DNA of 64,000 bases from Octopus sinensis (GCF_006345805.1 NC_043001.1:18600001-18664000); one strand, 5' to 3'; shown: positions 50,891 through 63,872, counted from the stretch's first letter. Translations and numbers: made by a program. The notes: generated by a model not told the origin, from the sequence alone.

Positions 50891-51074
50891 GTGAAACTGT
50901 ATAATAACTGTATATGATATACGATATTTATTCTCCGATTTGAAGCGACAATTTCTAAATATAAACAAATGACTGAAAAATGGTAAGTTATTATACTATG
51001 ACCCTGCTATAGTAACTTTCTCTTCGTAATTCGCAAAGCCTTTCGGGTTTGTTTATAAAAAATATTACATAAAT

Positions 51075-51105
51075 GTGTCCTCTCACCATCAAACTAAGCG
51101 GCCCA

Positions 51106-51171
<66 letters not shown>

Positions 51172-51252
51172 CATACATACATAACATACATACATAACAT
51201 ACGTATATACATACATACATATAGGCCGCTTAGCTTGATGGTGAGAGGACAC
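51075..51252. repeat. 29-bp inverted repeat enclosing a TA/CATA microsatellite
   Basis: gtgtcctctcaccatcaaactaagcggcc (51075-51103) versus ggccgcttagcttgatggtgagaggacac (51224-51252); 1 mismatch. Confidence 0.85.
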
Positions 51253-51449
51253 AGCTGGTATCTGACGGGCACGGGATGCGAATGCCCGCTGCTTGTTGGC
51301 ATCCTTTTTCCGTCTTCTAAGGGTAGATATACAATCCTTCTCTGCTGTTTTCACAGCCCTACTGCGTTCAAAATTTACGTTCTTGTCTGTACCATATATA
51401 TATACAGATTTCATAACAATACAATTCATTCCGACTGACCAGAAATGAA

Positions 51450-51677
51450 TTCTTTTATTCTTTTACTTGCTTCAGTCATTTGACTGTGGCCATGCTGGAG
51501 CACCGCCTTTAGCGGAACAAATCGACCCCAGGGCTTATTCTTTGTAAGCCTAGTACTTATACTATCGGTCTATTAATCCGAACCGCTAAGTTACGGAGAC
51601 GTAAACACACCAACATCGGTCGTCAAGCAATGGTGGGGGGACAAACACAGACACACAAATACATACATTCATATCTA

Positions 51678-51710
<33 letters not shown>

Positions 51711-51894
51711 AAGGGAAAGTTTACGAAAATAAACAAAAGACGAAGGCAGGTGGAGTACAAACAAACAAATATTAGTATAGCGTTCAGGAATAGAAAAAGC
51801 CTTTTACGTTTCCAGCCTACGCTCTTCGACAGAAAGATACACAAAAAAAGCAAGGAGAGAAACAAGGAGAGAAAAAATGCGTGTAGGGGCTAAC

Positions 51895-51982
<88 letters not shown>

Positions 51983-52305
51983 TATATATATATATATATA
52001 TAGGTAGTTAATCCAAACATGGAAACACAAGAGAAAAAACAACGTGAGAACGTGGTACAAGTATAATGTTATTGGACGCTCAGGAAAGGAAAGAAAGAAG
52101 GAGGATTTTTGTATAAAAGTATGCCATATATATATATATATACGACGGGCTTCTTCCAGTTTCTATCTACCAAATCCACTCACATGGCTTCGGTCGGCCC
52201 GAGGGTATAGTAGAAGACACTTGCCCAAGGTGCCACGCTGTAGGACTAAATTTAGAACCATGTGGTTGAGAAGCAAGCTTCTACCCACACAGCCACTGCT
52301 GCGCC
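51450..52305 (-). mobile_element. SINE-B whose internal TA tract hosts two secondary insertions
   Basis: 3' half at 51450-51660 and 5' half at 52143-52305; inserts at 51711-51897 and 52005-52125. Confidence 0.85.
51711..51897 (-). mobile_element. Microsatellite-embedded ~200-bp element with hammerhead-like motif (51801-51836)
   Basis: Minus strand: cttt CTGTCGA A gagc-gtag-gctg GAAA CGTA aaag. Homologous to 60857-61060 and partly to 16863-16942 and 39400-39570. Sits in the TA tract of a SINE-B. Confidence 0.65.
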
Positions 52306-52624
52306 CATTTACAATTTTGAAATACAGCAGTACATAATATTTCCCTATATAAAGATTTACTCGCAAAACCTTTCTTCTATATTACCTGACGTGCTATGGA
52401 ATGGCTATACTCAAGTACAGAGTGTTTCACAATTCTGTACTTGATATTTAGCAACTAATGAACAAAAAGTATACCGTTCTCGAGGAACAATACCTCCTTT
52501 AGCAATGATTTATACATTCATATATACGCACAAACGTACATACAAGCATACAAGGCGTACGTACAAGCATACAAGCGTACATACATACATACAAAACTTT
52601 TATTATGTTCAAACGTAACAAGCT

Positions 52625-53027
52625 GGATATAATTATGTGAAAACAAGCAAGAAAACTGTGAAGTCAAATGCTGATGTGAATACCTCTTCGAAAATCAAAA
52701 AGAAACAGGACAACAACGGACAGCTGCTTCGAAGTCATCAGCATCTATACTTAGATTACAAATTCCCATTTATGCCAATAGCTGGTGCACTTGGGTTTGT
52801 CAGTAGATGCCTAAGTAGCAATCTGGAAAAGCAAGGCTTTTCAGAAAACAAAGTCAACCAACTAGGCGCAGGAGTGGCTGTGTGGTAAGTAGCTTGTTTA
52901 TCAACCACATGGTTCCGAGTTCAGTCCCACTGCGTGGCACCTTGGGCAAGTGCCTTCTACTATAGCCTCAGGCCGACCAAAGCCTTCTGAGTGGATTGGT
53001 AGACGGAACTGAAAGAAGCCCGTCGTA

Positions 53028-53123
<96 letters not shown>

Positions 53124-53405
53124 GTGTGTGTGTGTGTGTGCGTGTTTGTCCCCTTAGCATTGCTTGACAACCGATGCTGGTGTGTTTATGTCCCCGTCAC
53201 TTAGCGGTTCAGCAAAAGAGACCGATAGAATAAGTACTGGACTTACAAAGAATATGTCCCGGGTCGATTTGCTCGACTAAAGCTGGTGCTCCAGCATGGC
53301 CGCAGTCAAATGACTGAAACAAGTAAAAGAGTAAAAGAGTTAACAACCAGTTAACAATCTTTAAGTGGAAGAGTGAAAATATGCGAGACTTTTCTTAAGT
53401 TTAAA
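52625..53405 (+). mobile_element. R4/Dong-like LINE C-terminal (restriction-like endonuclease) fragment, split by SINE-B 52863-53341
   Basis: DIIM..ADVN..KIKKKQDNNGQLLR..LY.DYKF.FMPIAGALGFV..L..NLEK.GF; after the SINE, LQSLSGRVKICETFLK. This matches the R4/Dong C-terminal pattern PI.IGALG..GTVKI. Confidence 0.7.
52863..53341 (+). mobile_element. SINE-B inserted in the R4/Dong-like fragment
   Basis: Full structure; TSD-like caaccaacta / caaccagtta. Confidence 0.9.
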
Positions 53406-53499
53406 ATGTAACATAGTTTTGTTACCTACATTCCATTGACGGAGCCTTGTATCTTTGTCAGAAACATGCTCCTTCCTTGTAGGTAGACTTCAGATGATT

Positions 53500-53720
53500 A
53501 AAAATAGAAGACAACATACATACATATCTATACAGATTGCAAGTTCATGTTTATACCTGTAATTATTGGGGCCCTGGGATACGTAATACACTACCTAAAT
53601 ACCAATCTTGAGAAATTAGGCTTCTCAAAATCAGAAAGGAGCAAGCTGTTTGGAAGTTTACAGATTCAAGCCATCACTGGAAACTAAAAATCTGTAAAAT
53701 TTTCCAGAAGTCTATCATTG
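53500..53720 (+). mobile_element. Second R4/Dong-like C-terminal fragment
   Basis: LYTDCKFMFIPVIIGALGYVIHYLNTNLEKLGFSKSERSKLFGSLQIQAITG. Confidence 0.7.
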
Positions 53721-53823
53721 AAGTATATATGAGCATGTCTAGATATGCAACTATATGCATAAGAAGACATACACAAAACAAAACTACGAATCTGCATGTA
53801 TTAATACATACATATAGACACCA

Positions 53824-53953
53824 CATACATACATACATACATACATACATGCATACGTACATACATACATACATGCATACATACATACATACATACATAC
53901 ATACATACATACATACATACATACATACATACATACATACATACATACATACA
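53824..53953. repeat. (CATA)n microsatellite
   Basis: Read directly from the sequence. Confidence 0.95.
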
Positions 53954-54849
53954 CGTTTGTGTGTGCGCGCACGTGTGTGTGCATATATACATGTATATGA
54001 ATATATTCGAAGGAGATGTAGATGCAACTCTGAAAGGTCGCATAACTGCAAAGAGGCAACCCCCTTGAATCGTTATAAATGAAGAAGATTAGTGCTTTAG
54101 TTTTAGTGACCAGGCGCAGAGGATTCGTTTCAAAGTTGAAACCGAGGTGCACAATTAGTTGGGAATTTGATTACTGTTATATAATACTGTTCAAATTTTA
54201 AATAAGATTGTGAATGTGTAGTATACAGTAGCACAGTACTTCGGCAGATTACATCTACTTTAAAATGACATTGTTGGTTTAACTTTATATGTTCATGTCG
54301 CTATATCTTTCCTTTCTCCAATTACCTCATTGACAGATCTCATGTCTCTTCTGGATACTAGAAATTTTCATTCGAATGATGAATGTGATTTCGGTATGGC
54401 ATTTAAAAATTATTCTCCTGATATATTTGTTAACACAGCACTACAAGTTGACTACACTGCATTACCATAATTTCCCAAGTAGCATCACTAAATAAATATA
54501 CAATAACTAGCCGGCGTCGAATAATAGAAATGTTTAGACTATAAACAGTTCAGAGATGTAATTTGGACGAAGAGGACTACGTAAGTTATTGCGGACATAT
54601 TTAACGCTTTGGGCATTGAAAAAGCTAAATGGAAATAATTGTACGATGAGGTAAAATAGACGTCATTAGTCAGTCTCTGAAATCATTTTAACCATTTCAA
54701 CAGGAAGGGATAACAGCACCATATATATTTCGGGCATATTCTGACCTCACCAATAGAGCATAGACTTTAACACATCTCACATCATGAAACAAATGTATAT
54801 AAAACAGTAAACATATATAGTATATATAAAATTGTATATATACATATAT

Positions 54850-55105
54850 CAGCGTGATCACCGTGACCGACCAGATGTTGCTACACATCGCTGGTCCCAA
54901 TGCGTTTCGCATTGTTTTAGCCTTTAAATGACGCCACCCCGCTGGCTAAGCGAGCAGACCAATAGAAGAAAGAGTGAGAGAAAGTTGTGGCGAAAGAGTA
55001 CAGCAGGGATCGCCACCACCCCCTGCCGGAGCCTCGTGGAGTTTTAGGTGTTTTCGCTCAATAAACACTCACAACACCCGGTCTGGGAACGAAAACGCGA
55101 GTCTA
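54850..55105 (-). mobile_element. SINE-C, 5'-truncated, tail type iv
   Basis: Shared body up to ctctttcttc, then an unrelated 3' tail. Confidence 0.75.
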
Positions 55106-55565
55106 CAACGGGAGGGGTGTGTCGTCTACTGGATGTGAGTGCTGAACCGTTGGTTGTCCGCTTTTTTCTGATGGTCCGCTTGCCTACCAATGGGCCAGCT
55201 GGATGTGACCAGCTAAAAGTTGTTTTTTTTTTTTTAAATTGTGTTTGAGAATTGTTACTTACTAACTTTTTCATAATTGATAAATATTTGTATTGTTGCA
55301 TAGCAATCTTCCAATGGAAATTTCATATTCTGACACTACCTTATAATACAAATATCGAATATATAATTTGTAACAGCGAAGAAGCAGAACTGCACGGAAT
55401 CTGATGGCTCTCTGCCAATGATATCTAACTTACAACTGTCACGTTATATACGACTGTATAGGTCATAAATATAGATATATAACAGAAACATGTAGCTGAC
55501 GAGTTGCTTTGTGAGGGAAACTATTATTATGATGCTTATTATTATGATGCTTATTATAATTATTA

Positions 55566-55621
<56 letters not shown>

Positions 55622-56599
55622 GAGTGAGAGAGCAGTGCATGCCATCAAAGTGACACTGGGGTAAAATATACGAAGCCCAGTATAACTAACATGACTACCC
55701 GTCTGATAAGGACACACCAGGCACATGCATCACAACCATATGTGCACGACATGGTGATCTCATATCAAGATAAACAGCGCATGACCTTGCAGGTGGGGCC
55801 CAGTTAGAATTTTCTTCTGGTCGAGTAGCCCATCCCGCTCAAAAGATCTCGGAATAAGGGTTGTTTAAGGATGTTGAACGAACTACCCATGTTTCCAAAG
55901 GTGAATTATTAAAACTTCAAATAATTCCTCTCAACACATGGCTATGAAGCTCCCCGACTACTTCTGCTTGTGATCAGAGATGCACATATCGTCAGCCACT
56001 AAGGGACATACTCAACTGTTTATGGTCAAACAACTGACAAGCAAATCTGTGGTATTAAGCAGAATAAGGCGACGAGCTGGAAGAAACGTTAGCACGCCGG
56101 GCGGAATGCTTAGCCATATTTCGCCTGTGTTTACGTTCTGAGTTCAAATTCCGCCGAGGTCGACTTTGCCGGTCATCCTTTTGGGGTCGATAAATTAAGT
56201 ACCAGTTACGCACTGGGGTTGATATAATCGACTTAATCCGTCTGTCTGTCCTTGTTTGTCCTCTCTGTGTTTAGCCCCTTGTGGATAGTAAAGAAATAGG
56301 TATTTCGTCTGCCGTTACGTTCTGAGTTCAAATTCCGCCGAGGTCGACTTTGCTGGTTATCCTTTTGGGGTCGATAAATTAAGTACCAGTTACGCACTGG
56401 GGTTGATATAATCCGTCTGTCTGTCCTTGTTTGTCCTCTCTGTGTTTAGCCCCTTGTGGGTAGTAAAGAAATAGGTATTGAGCAGAATATTTGCTGTAGC
56501 CCATCTTTTATACCAAGACAAAACAATGTATACGATAACACTTCCAATCAGTTATGATCAGAAGCCATGCGAGCCACTGCCTGGTACTGCATCAGGGCA
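55622..56599. mobile_element. ~555-bp non-coding interspersed element flanked by ATT repeats, with a SINE-A dimer inserted
   Basis: Preceded by long (TTA)n and followed by attattat. Inverted partial copy at 56608-57002 and another partial copy at 57018-57193. Confidence 0.7.
56067..56475 (+). mobile_element. SINE-A dimer
   Basis: TSD ggtattaagcagaata / ggtattgagcagaata. Confidence 0.9.
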
Positions 56600-56607
56600 A
56601 TTATTAT

Positions 56608-57193
56608 GGCTGATGATATGTGCCTTTCTGATATGTGCATCTCTGATCACGAGCAGAAGTAGTGGGGAGGGGAGCATCATACCCATGTATTGAAAGGAAT
56701 TCTTTGGGGTTTGAATAATTCACCTCTGGAAACATGGGTGGTTCGTTCAACATCCTTAAACAACCCTTATTCAGGGACCTTTTGAGCGGGATGGGCTACT
56801 CGACCAGAAGAAAATTCTAACTGGGCCCCACCTGCAAGGTCATGCGCTGTTTATCTTGATATGAGATCACTTTGTCGTGCACATATGGTTGTGATGCATG
56901 TGCCAGATGTACCCTTATCAGATGGGTAGTCATGTTAGTTATACTGGGCTTCGTATATTTTACCCCAGTGTCACTTTGATGGCATGCACTGCTCTCTCAC
57001 TCAATAATAATAATAATCACCTGCAAGGTCATGCGCTGTTTATCTTGATATGAGATTACCATGTCGCGCACATATGGTTGTGATGCATTTGCCTGGTGTA
57101 CTCTTATCAGGCGGGTAGTCATGATGGGTATACTGGGCTACGTATATTTGTACCTCAGTGTCACTTTGATGGCATGCACTGCTCTCTCACTCA
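56608..57193. mobile_element. Two truncated copies of the same element in opposite orientation, each ending in AAT-like repeats
   Basis: 56630-57002 is the near-reverse-complement of 55622-55990. 57018-57193 is a more diverged copy of the terminal ~175 bp. Confidence 0.75.
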
Positions 57194-58950
57194 GTGATAA
57201 TGATCATTATTATTGGACTATATTACATGGGCTTCTGAAAGTTTGTTGTAATACTTTGAATAGGACCTCTACTTCGTTGGTTGAAGTGTGTGTGTGTGTG
57301 TGCGGGGGTCGCTAACTTGTTCTCCAAAGGGCGTATAGCTGTAATATTTATTTTCTTTTGTATTTTTTTTTCTCGCTGGAATTATGGTGTCGTTAACGTC
57401 TACTAACAGATTGAATGAAGAGGTAGCAGGAAAGTCTCATGCCTAAACCCACCAGAACAGCAGCACAGCAGCGGCACAAGAACAACAGCGATAGTAACAC
57501 CTACTAAAATAACGATGGGAGCAAAGTGATACGGTAAGCTTTTGCTGGGAAGGCGGTGCAATTAACACAGCACTTCTCGTTCTCCTTAAACAAGATGGCA
57601 CACCTGACAGAAGGAAAACGGCATGTGAAGGTAAATGGGTGAATGGAAGAGCACAAGTTGCTGTTTCAGCCAAGATTTTGGAAACAACTGCATGGAAGAC
57701 AGTGGTGTCGACGCTTAGAAGCAGCGAAATACACGACCAATTGGAAAAAAAACTCTAAAAGAAATATGGTAAGATGCAGATTATGTGAAAACAGGTTAAT
57801 GACCTGTCGTATTTAGGGTTTGCTATTTCTTTAGTCTTTGGGATTTTCCATTTTCTTTCAGAATACTGTTAAATATTTTTGGTGACATTGTATGCATACT
57901 TAATAATTTTTTCAATATTGGATTCTATCATTTTTTGCAGCTTCCCAATTGTTCGTTTATTTATTTTTTCTGGTATCCAAGTTCTTTCGTTGATACCGCC
58001 TCCCATGATTAAGTGTTACGGATTTTTAAACAATCTCGTCCATACCGATTTCTTCCCTCTCAATACTCCACCCTAAAATTCTTCCGTCTGTCATTCTTTT
58101 GGTACAGTATTGATCTCCAGATACCGAGAAAATAAATTTAGACTGGAGTCGAATCATTTGTTTTGTTCGGACAGTTTATGAACACAAATTCTTTGTGATT
58201 TAGTGACAATCACTACTTGCAAAGATGGACAGAACATACAATCAATACAGTGTTACAATTGACCATTGACCATATAATCTCTAATTGCCCATCCTTGCAA
58301 TCAGTGTTTTTTTTTTCTTTGTTTTATTTCTATAGCATTTGTCACGCCTGCTTTCTTTTGAAAATTGTGATTTTCCGTTATTGATTTCATTGGAAATCAA
58401 TAGCCCCTTTTTTTCAATTTCTATCTTTGAATCTTTGTTTTCTGTTTATTTGTTTGTGTTTTGATGCTCGTAAATGAGCAGATCTGAGGGTGTATCTACT
58501 TTTTCTTTGTAACTACTGATGTATTGGAGATATGGATGCTTAAGTCAGTTTACCTAAAGCTATGATAGCCAGTGTTACGTATTTTATTGTTATTAGTATT
58601 TCATAGCTGAAAATTATCCCTGTACTGTACATTCGTTGGTCCGCAGAAAGATCCATCGATTTTAATTCTTTAACCCTTTCCTCCTTTAGGTTACTTCTAG
58701 GGCCATAATTTCTCCCTTTATAAATTTCTATTCAGAAACCTTATTCATATTCACTTTTATTCATATTTTAAATTCTGTTGATTAGATTCGATATTTGCTC
58801 ATTAATATTCCGTAAAGGCGGGGATATTTTCAATCGGTTTTGTTATTTGCTTTGTTTTCACGCGTTTGTTTTATATTTTTCGTTTATGTTCTTCGTGTTT
58901 TTTACTTCCGTTCTTTGATAATTTCGTTCGTTATTTTTATTCTCAGTATA

Positions 58951-59095
58951 CACTTTACTCTTTCTACTTGTTTCAGTCATGTGACTGTGGCCATGCTGGA
59001 GCACCGCCTTTAGTCGAGCAAATCGACCCCCAGGACTTATTCTTTGTAAGCCTAGTACTTATTCTATCGGGGCTCTTTTGCCGAACCGTTAAGTT
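58951..59095 (-). mobile_element. SINE-B, 3' part
   Basis: Tail and stem-loop present. Confidence 0.8.
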
Positions 59096-59355
59096 AAATA
59101 CAAGCTATTGAAGGTGATTACGTAACTCCTGTTCCTTTGTCATTTATTCAGTTTCTTTAGTCATCTAACATTTTATTCTGAAACATATGTGTGTTCGGTT
59201 CTAGCACCTCTTATTAATATCACTATATCTAAGCGAGACCTTAAAATATAAAAAATCATCTCCGGATGAGTTCTAACAACTAGTTATCATCAGCATGTAC
59301 CCATACATTGGTGAGTGCATGGAAATATATATTTACACACACATGTCATATATAC

Positions 59356-59394
<39 letters not shown>

Positions 59395-59396
59395 AT

Positions 59397-59444
<48 letters not shown>

Positions 59445-59465
59445 ACACATATATTATATATATAT

Positions 59466-59668
59466 ATAGTTAATCCAAACAAGAAAAGCACAAAAAAAAC
59501 ACAAGGACGCGAGGACGTGGAACAAATGTTATTTTGGACGCTCAGGAAAGAAGGAAAGAAGGAGGGTTTAACGTTTCGAGCGGAGCTCTTCGTCGGAAAC
59601 ATAGGAGAAGGAAAGATCCCGAGAAGGAACGAAGAGAAAAAATCGCCAACGGTACACACGAGGTCACA
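59466..59668 (-). mobile_element. Related microsatellite-embedded element carrying the 59566-59600 hammerhead; partial copy at 52005-52125
   Basis: Shares gttaatccaaaca..ttggacgctcaggaaag..gaaggagg with 52005-52125. TA/CA tracts on both sides. Confidence 0.6.
59566..59600 (-). ncRNA. Minimal type-I hammerhead motif (U4C variant, extra A after A9)
   Basis: Minus strand: gttt CCGACGA A gag-ctccg-ctc GAAA C GTT aaac. Palindromic ACGT stem III and 4-bp stem I. Confidence 0.5.
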
Positions 59669-59674
59669 TTTTTG

Positions 59675-59712
<38 letters not shown>

Positions 59713-59814
59713 GTGCATATATATGTATATATATGTGTGTGTATGTGCGTTTATACATACATACACATAAGTACACATATACACCGCAGTATGGCCGAAT
59801 GGTTTGGAATGTTA

Positions 59815-59856
<42 letters not shown>

Positions 59857-59998
59857 AACAAACATGCGTGCACACACACACATACTCATACAAGTATATA
59901 TGTGAATGTGCCCATACATTTAAAAGCTGAGTATGTTTTTATACAAGAAAACGACCAATGTTCTAAGTGGCATAATTGAACAACCATATGGCTATGTG

Positions 59999-60030
<32 letters not shown>

Positions 60031-60240
60031 CTAACAATTTAATAAATAACATATGCTACATACATACATATATGTACATACCTACAATCTATTATTATTC
60101 TCCAAGTAAGTTTTTATTATATATATAATATATAATATATATATATATTATTATTATTATTATATATAATATATATATTATCATATACACGCATATATTA
60201 ATATCATTATCTATATATATATAATATATATTATATAATA

Positions 60241-60281
<41 letters not shown>

Positions 60282-60856
60282 TATATATAATAATAAGATT
60301 GAGTTCGAATACATGTTATTGGTCTTTGTCTGATAGCTTCATTTATAGATTACAGATTACAGCATATTCAACTTACGTACGTACACATATATTTTCTTTC
60401 TTTCGTTCTTCCCTTCCTTCTATCTTTCTTTCTTTTTTCTCATTCTCACTGAACACACACACACACACACACACACAAACGAAACGCACACACATAAAAT
60501 GTTTTTATGCAATTGTGTCTATGGACATCTACAATGCTTCCAGGTGTATATAGATTGTATGCCTCAGGGGATATCACAAATGAAATTGATGAATATTGAA
60601 ATATTGTAACATACCCGAGATATTTCTATGATATCAACAGTAGAATCGCTACTGCCAGGATAATCCGCTTCGTTTCCCAGTTCTGAAAATATAATGCCGA
60701 CCATTAGTTCCAATATATACATTCAGAAACAAATGAAAAACATTGAAAAACTGTAAAATACTTGTTTCTTATCAGTATATTTTCATCAAAATAAATCACA
60801 CACACATGCACGCTTGCATGAATAGATGTATATATGTATGTATGTATGTATTTATA

Positions 60857-61060
60857 GGGAGAGTTTACGAAAAAAACAAAAGACGAAGACAGGTGGTGTA
60901 CAAAACAAACAGATGTATTAGTATAACGTTCAGGAAAGAAAAAGTCTTTTATATTTCGAGCCTACGCTCTTCTACAGAAAGGGACACAGAAAAAACAAGG
61001 AGAGAAAAAAAAGAGAGAAGAAAAATGTGTGTAGTGGCTAATGATCTATCATGGCGTCTG
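60857..61060 (-). mobile_element. Second copy of the ~200-bp hammerhead-like element (motif 60946-60981)
   Basis: Minus strand: cttt CTGTAGA A gagc-gtag-gctc GAAA TATA aaag. Flanked by (TATG)n on both sides. Confidence 0.65.
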
Positions 61061-61495
61061 TATGTATGTATGTATGTATGTATGTATGTATGTATGTATG
61101 TATGTATGTATGTATGTATATATGTATGTATGTATGTATGCATAAAGAAATCAGGCGATGGCTCTACTCGAAATCAAGTTGGCAACCATCATGTATGTAT
61201 GCACGTATTATACACATGGGTACATTGGCAGAATGCAAAATGGTAAAATATAGTACTCGAATACCGAAAGTAGAGTAAAATAGTATTAAATTGAGGACGA
61301 GAAACTTCACAAACTGCTGATCAGGGTTTTCTTCAACCAATCATCAGACAGCCGTGAGTATTTAGAACTAAATGTGATATTGTTCTGAATATATACGCAA
61401 ATCAATAATATAAAAAATGCAGGAAAAACAAAGCAGTCAGACGTACCCAGTGAATATACTAGATAGACGCACAGTCAAAGTGTGTATATATATAT

Positions 61496-61559
<64 letters not shown>

Positions 61560-61561
61560 TA

Positions 61562-62157
61562 ATAGTTACCGCCAAGCTAACATGGCAGTCCAGAAAAATA
61601 GGACGAATGCTGCTGTTGATTAGCTCCAAGAGGCCATCGCCTCTAGCTAGCTATGTGACACACAAACCTGTGTCCATTATAACCTTCAAACAGGGGAAGT
61701 CACTCGTTTCCCCTTGCTGGTCTGGCATCTACAGACTAGTTTCAGGGTATTTGCCTCTTATCACTGTAGAGCAACCGAACCAGGCAGGTGTCGCTACTGA
61801 CCGTCTGTTCGAAGGATTATTTACCTAAATTCAGTGGAATACATCCACTGGTTTTCAAAAATAGAAATATTAATATTTCTAAGTCTCTCTAAAGGAGACT
61901 ACGGCAGTGGTACTGGATATTAATATTTATCGCCAAGCTAACATGGCAGTCAAGAAAAATAGGACGAATGCTGCCGTTGATGGACACAGGTTCGTGTGTC
62001 ACATAGCTAGCTAGAGGCGATGGCCTCTTGGAGCTAATCAACGGCAGCATTCGTCCTATTTTTCTGGACTGCCATGTTAGCTTGGCGATAACTATTAATA
62101 TTCAGTACCGCTGTCGTAGTCTCCTTTAGAGAGACTTAGAAATATTAATATTTCTAT
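61562..62157. repeat. Nested inverted-repeat element
   Basis: 61861-61981 pairs with 62037-62157 (121-bp arms). 61562-61676 pairs with 61981-62095 (115 bp). TA tracts on both sides. Confidence 0.9.
61728..61770 (-). ncRNA. Decayed type-I hammerhead motif
   Basis: Minus strand: tctaca GTGATAA gagg-caaata-ccct GAAAC TA GTC tgtaga. 6-bp stem I and palindromic ACTAGT stem III. The core carries C3G and G8A changes. Confidence 0.45.
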
Positions 62158-62249
62158 GATATATATATATATATATATATATACTATTGAACAATTTTAT
62201 TCTTATCAGTCATTTGACTGAAGCCATGCTGGAGCGTATAATATAATAT

Positions 62250-62583
62250 AAAGAAAATGGAGCGTGAACACAAAAGAAAAAACATTTATTTATACAATAG
62301 TCAATATTTATATAATAATTATTTTATATAATAGTCATGTCGCCTACACATGTTTAAATTTTTTTACCTTCATTCATATTCTATAATCAAAATTGCATTA
62401 TGAATTTAAAAGGTAGAAAATTTTGCCCTGTAGCGATTTCTACCTTTTATATTCATAAGGCAATTTTCATTGTGAAATATAAATGAAGGTAAGAAATTGA
62501 AACATGCGTAGGCGACATGAAATTCACTATTATATAAATAAATTGTTTTTTTCTTTTTGTGTTCACAGTCTCCATTTTCTTTT
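62250..62583. repeat. Imperfect AT-rich foldback
   Basis: Outer arms aaagaaaatggag..gtgaacacaaaa / ttttgtgttcac..ctccattttcttt. Inner arms catgtcgcctac..aaaaggtagaaa / tttctacctttt..gtaggcgacatg. Loop about 62420-62436. Confidence 0.8.
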
Positions 62584-63120
62584 TTATTATATTAGTAAAA
62601 TTCTTTTCTCCTATATCGGAGAGATGAAAACATCTATAACGACAACTGGAACTTTCAGGAAAATCAATCGATATGGAGCTAAACCGGCGTTCGCTTCGTT
62701 GAAATACATCCCTGCGAAAGAACAACCTCTTTCCATTCGAAACTTCACCTCCCGCTTACACCAAACACACACACACACACACACACACACATTTATGTAC
62801 ACTTTAAAACATGTTCGTTTCGTTTCAGTAAGGCCTATATCCGCCAAGTTTCATCAGAACAGAAACAATGTTTTTACATTGAATTCTCATTTAGAAGAGT
62901 CTTTCTATTTTAGTGCCTTGTTAATGTAACACACTCACCGGTCTAATTTCCACTCATTTAAGTATTATTTTTACTAAAATTTTTGTTGCGACTGGCAACC
63001 TTTTCAATAGTCGTTGATTCTGTCCGTAATCGGAATTTGAAAATTAATCTCATTTGGGAATAAATAATGTTACAAGAGCAAACAACTCTCTCTCTCTCTC
63101 AATTGTTTTCGATTTTTCAC

Positions 63121-63209
<89 letters not shown>

Positions 63210-63499
63210 AATGTCTATCAATCTATCTATCTATCTAAATATCTATTAATCTATCACTTCATATATGAAGCTCCGATGAAGCTATGTGTTACTCAGACAT
63301 CCAACGTAAAGAGCTGTAATCTAATGAAGTTCATAAGATAGTTATTCAATCCTTTGCCATCTCTTTTCCTATTACAGGTCTGTATACGACTAACCCTTGG
63401 ATCAGAAGCATACATTTATTGAGTTCTACACCAATAAATGAAATGTCTAATGAAATATCAATCAACCTATTTATCTACGTATCTCTTCAGTCACTCATT

Positions 63500-63582
<83 letters not shown>

Positions 63583-63834
63583 CATATATACATATTACAC
63601 ATATATATATATATATATGCATATATATTATTTCAAAGGAATTCCAACTCTGTCTTTTATGTTTTATTTATATTCTTATAATATTAATGTAAATACATTA
63701 ACATTATAATGTTAACATTAATTTGTATTCTACCATTAATGTAGAATACAAAATATGTAGAATTTTTTTGTGTTTCTTCCTCGTTTTATTTGGGATTTGC
63801 TCTCTCCTCTCTCTCTCTCTCTCTCTCCCCTCTA

Positions 63835-63872
<38 letters not shown>

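Noticed and set aside
57440-58330. GC-richer, coding-looking stretches
   Set aside because: All frames are interrupted and I could not assign a family; possibly old retroelement debris, needs a translated search.
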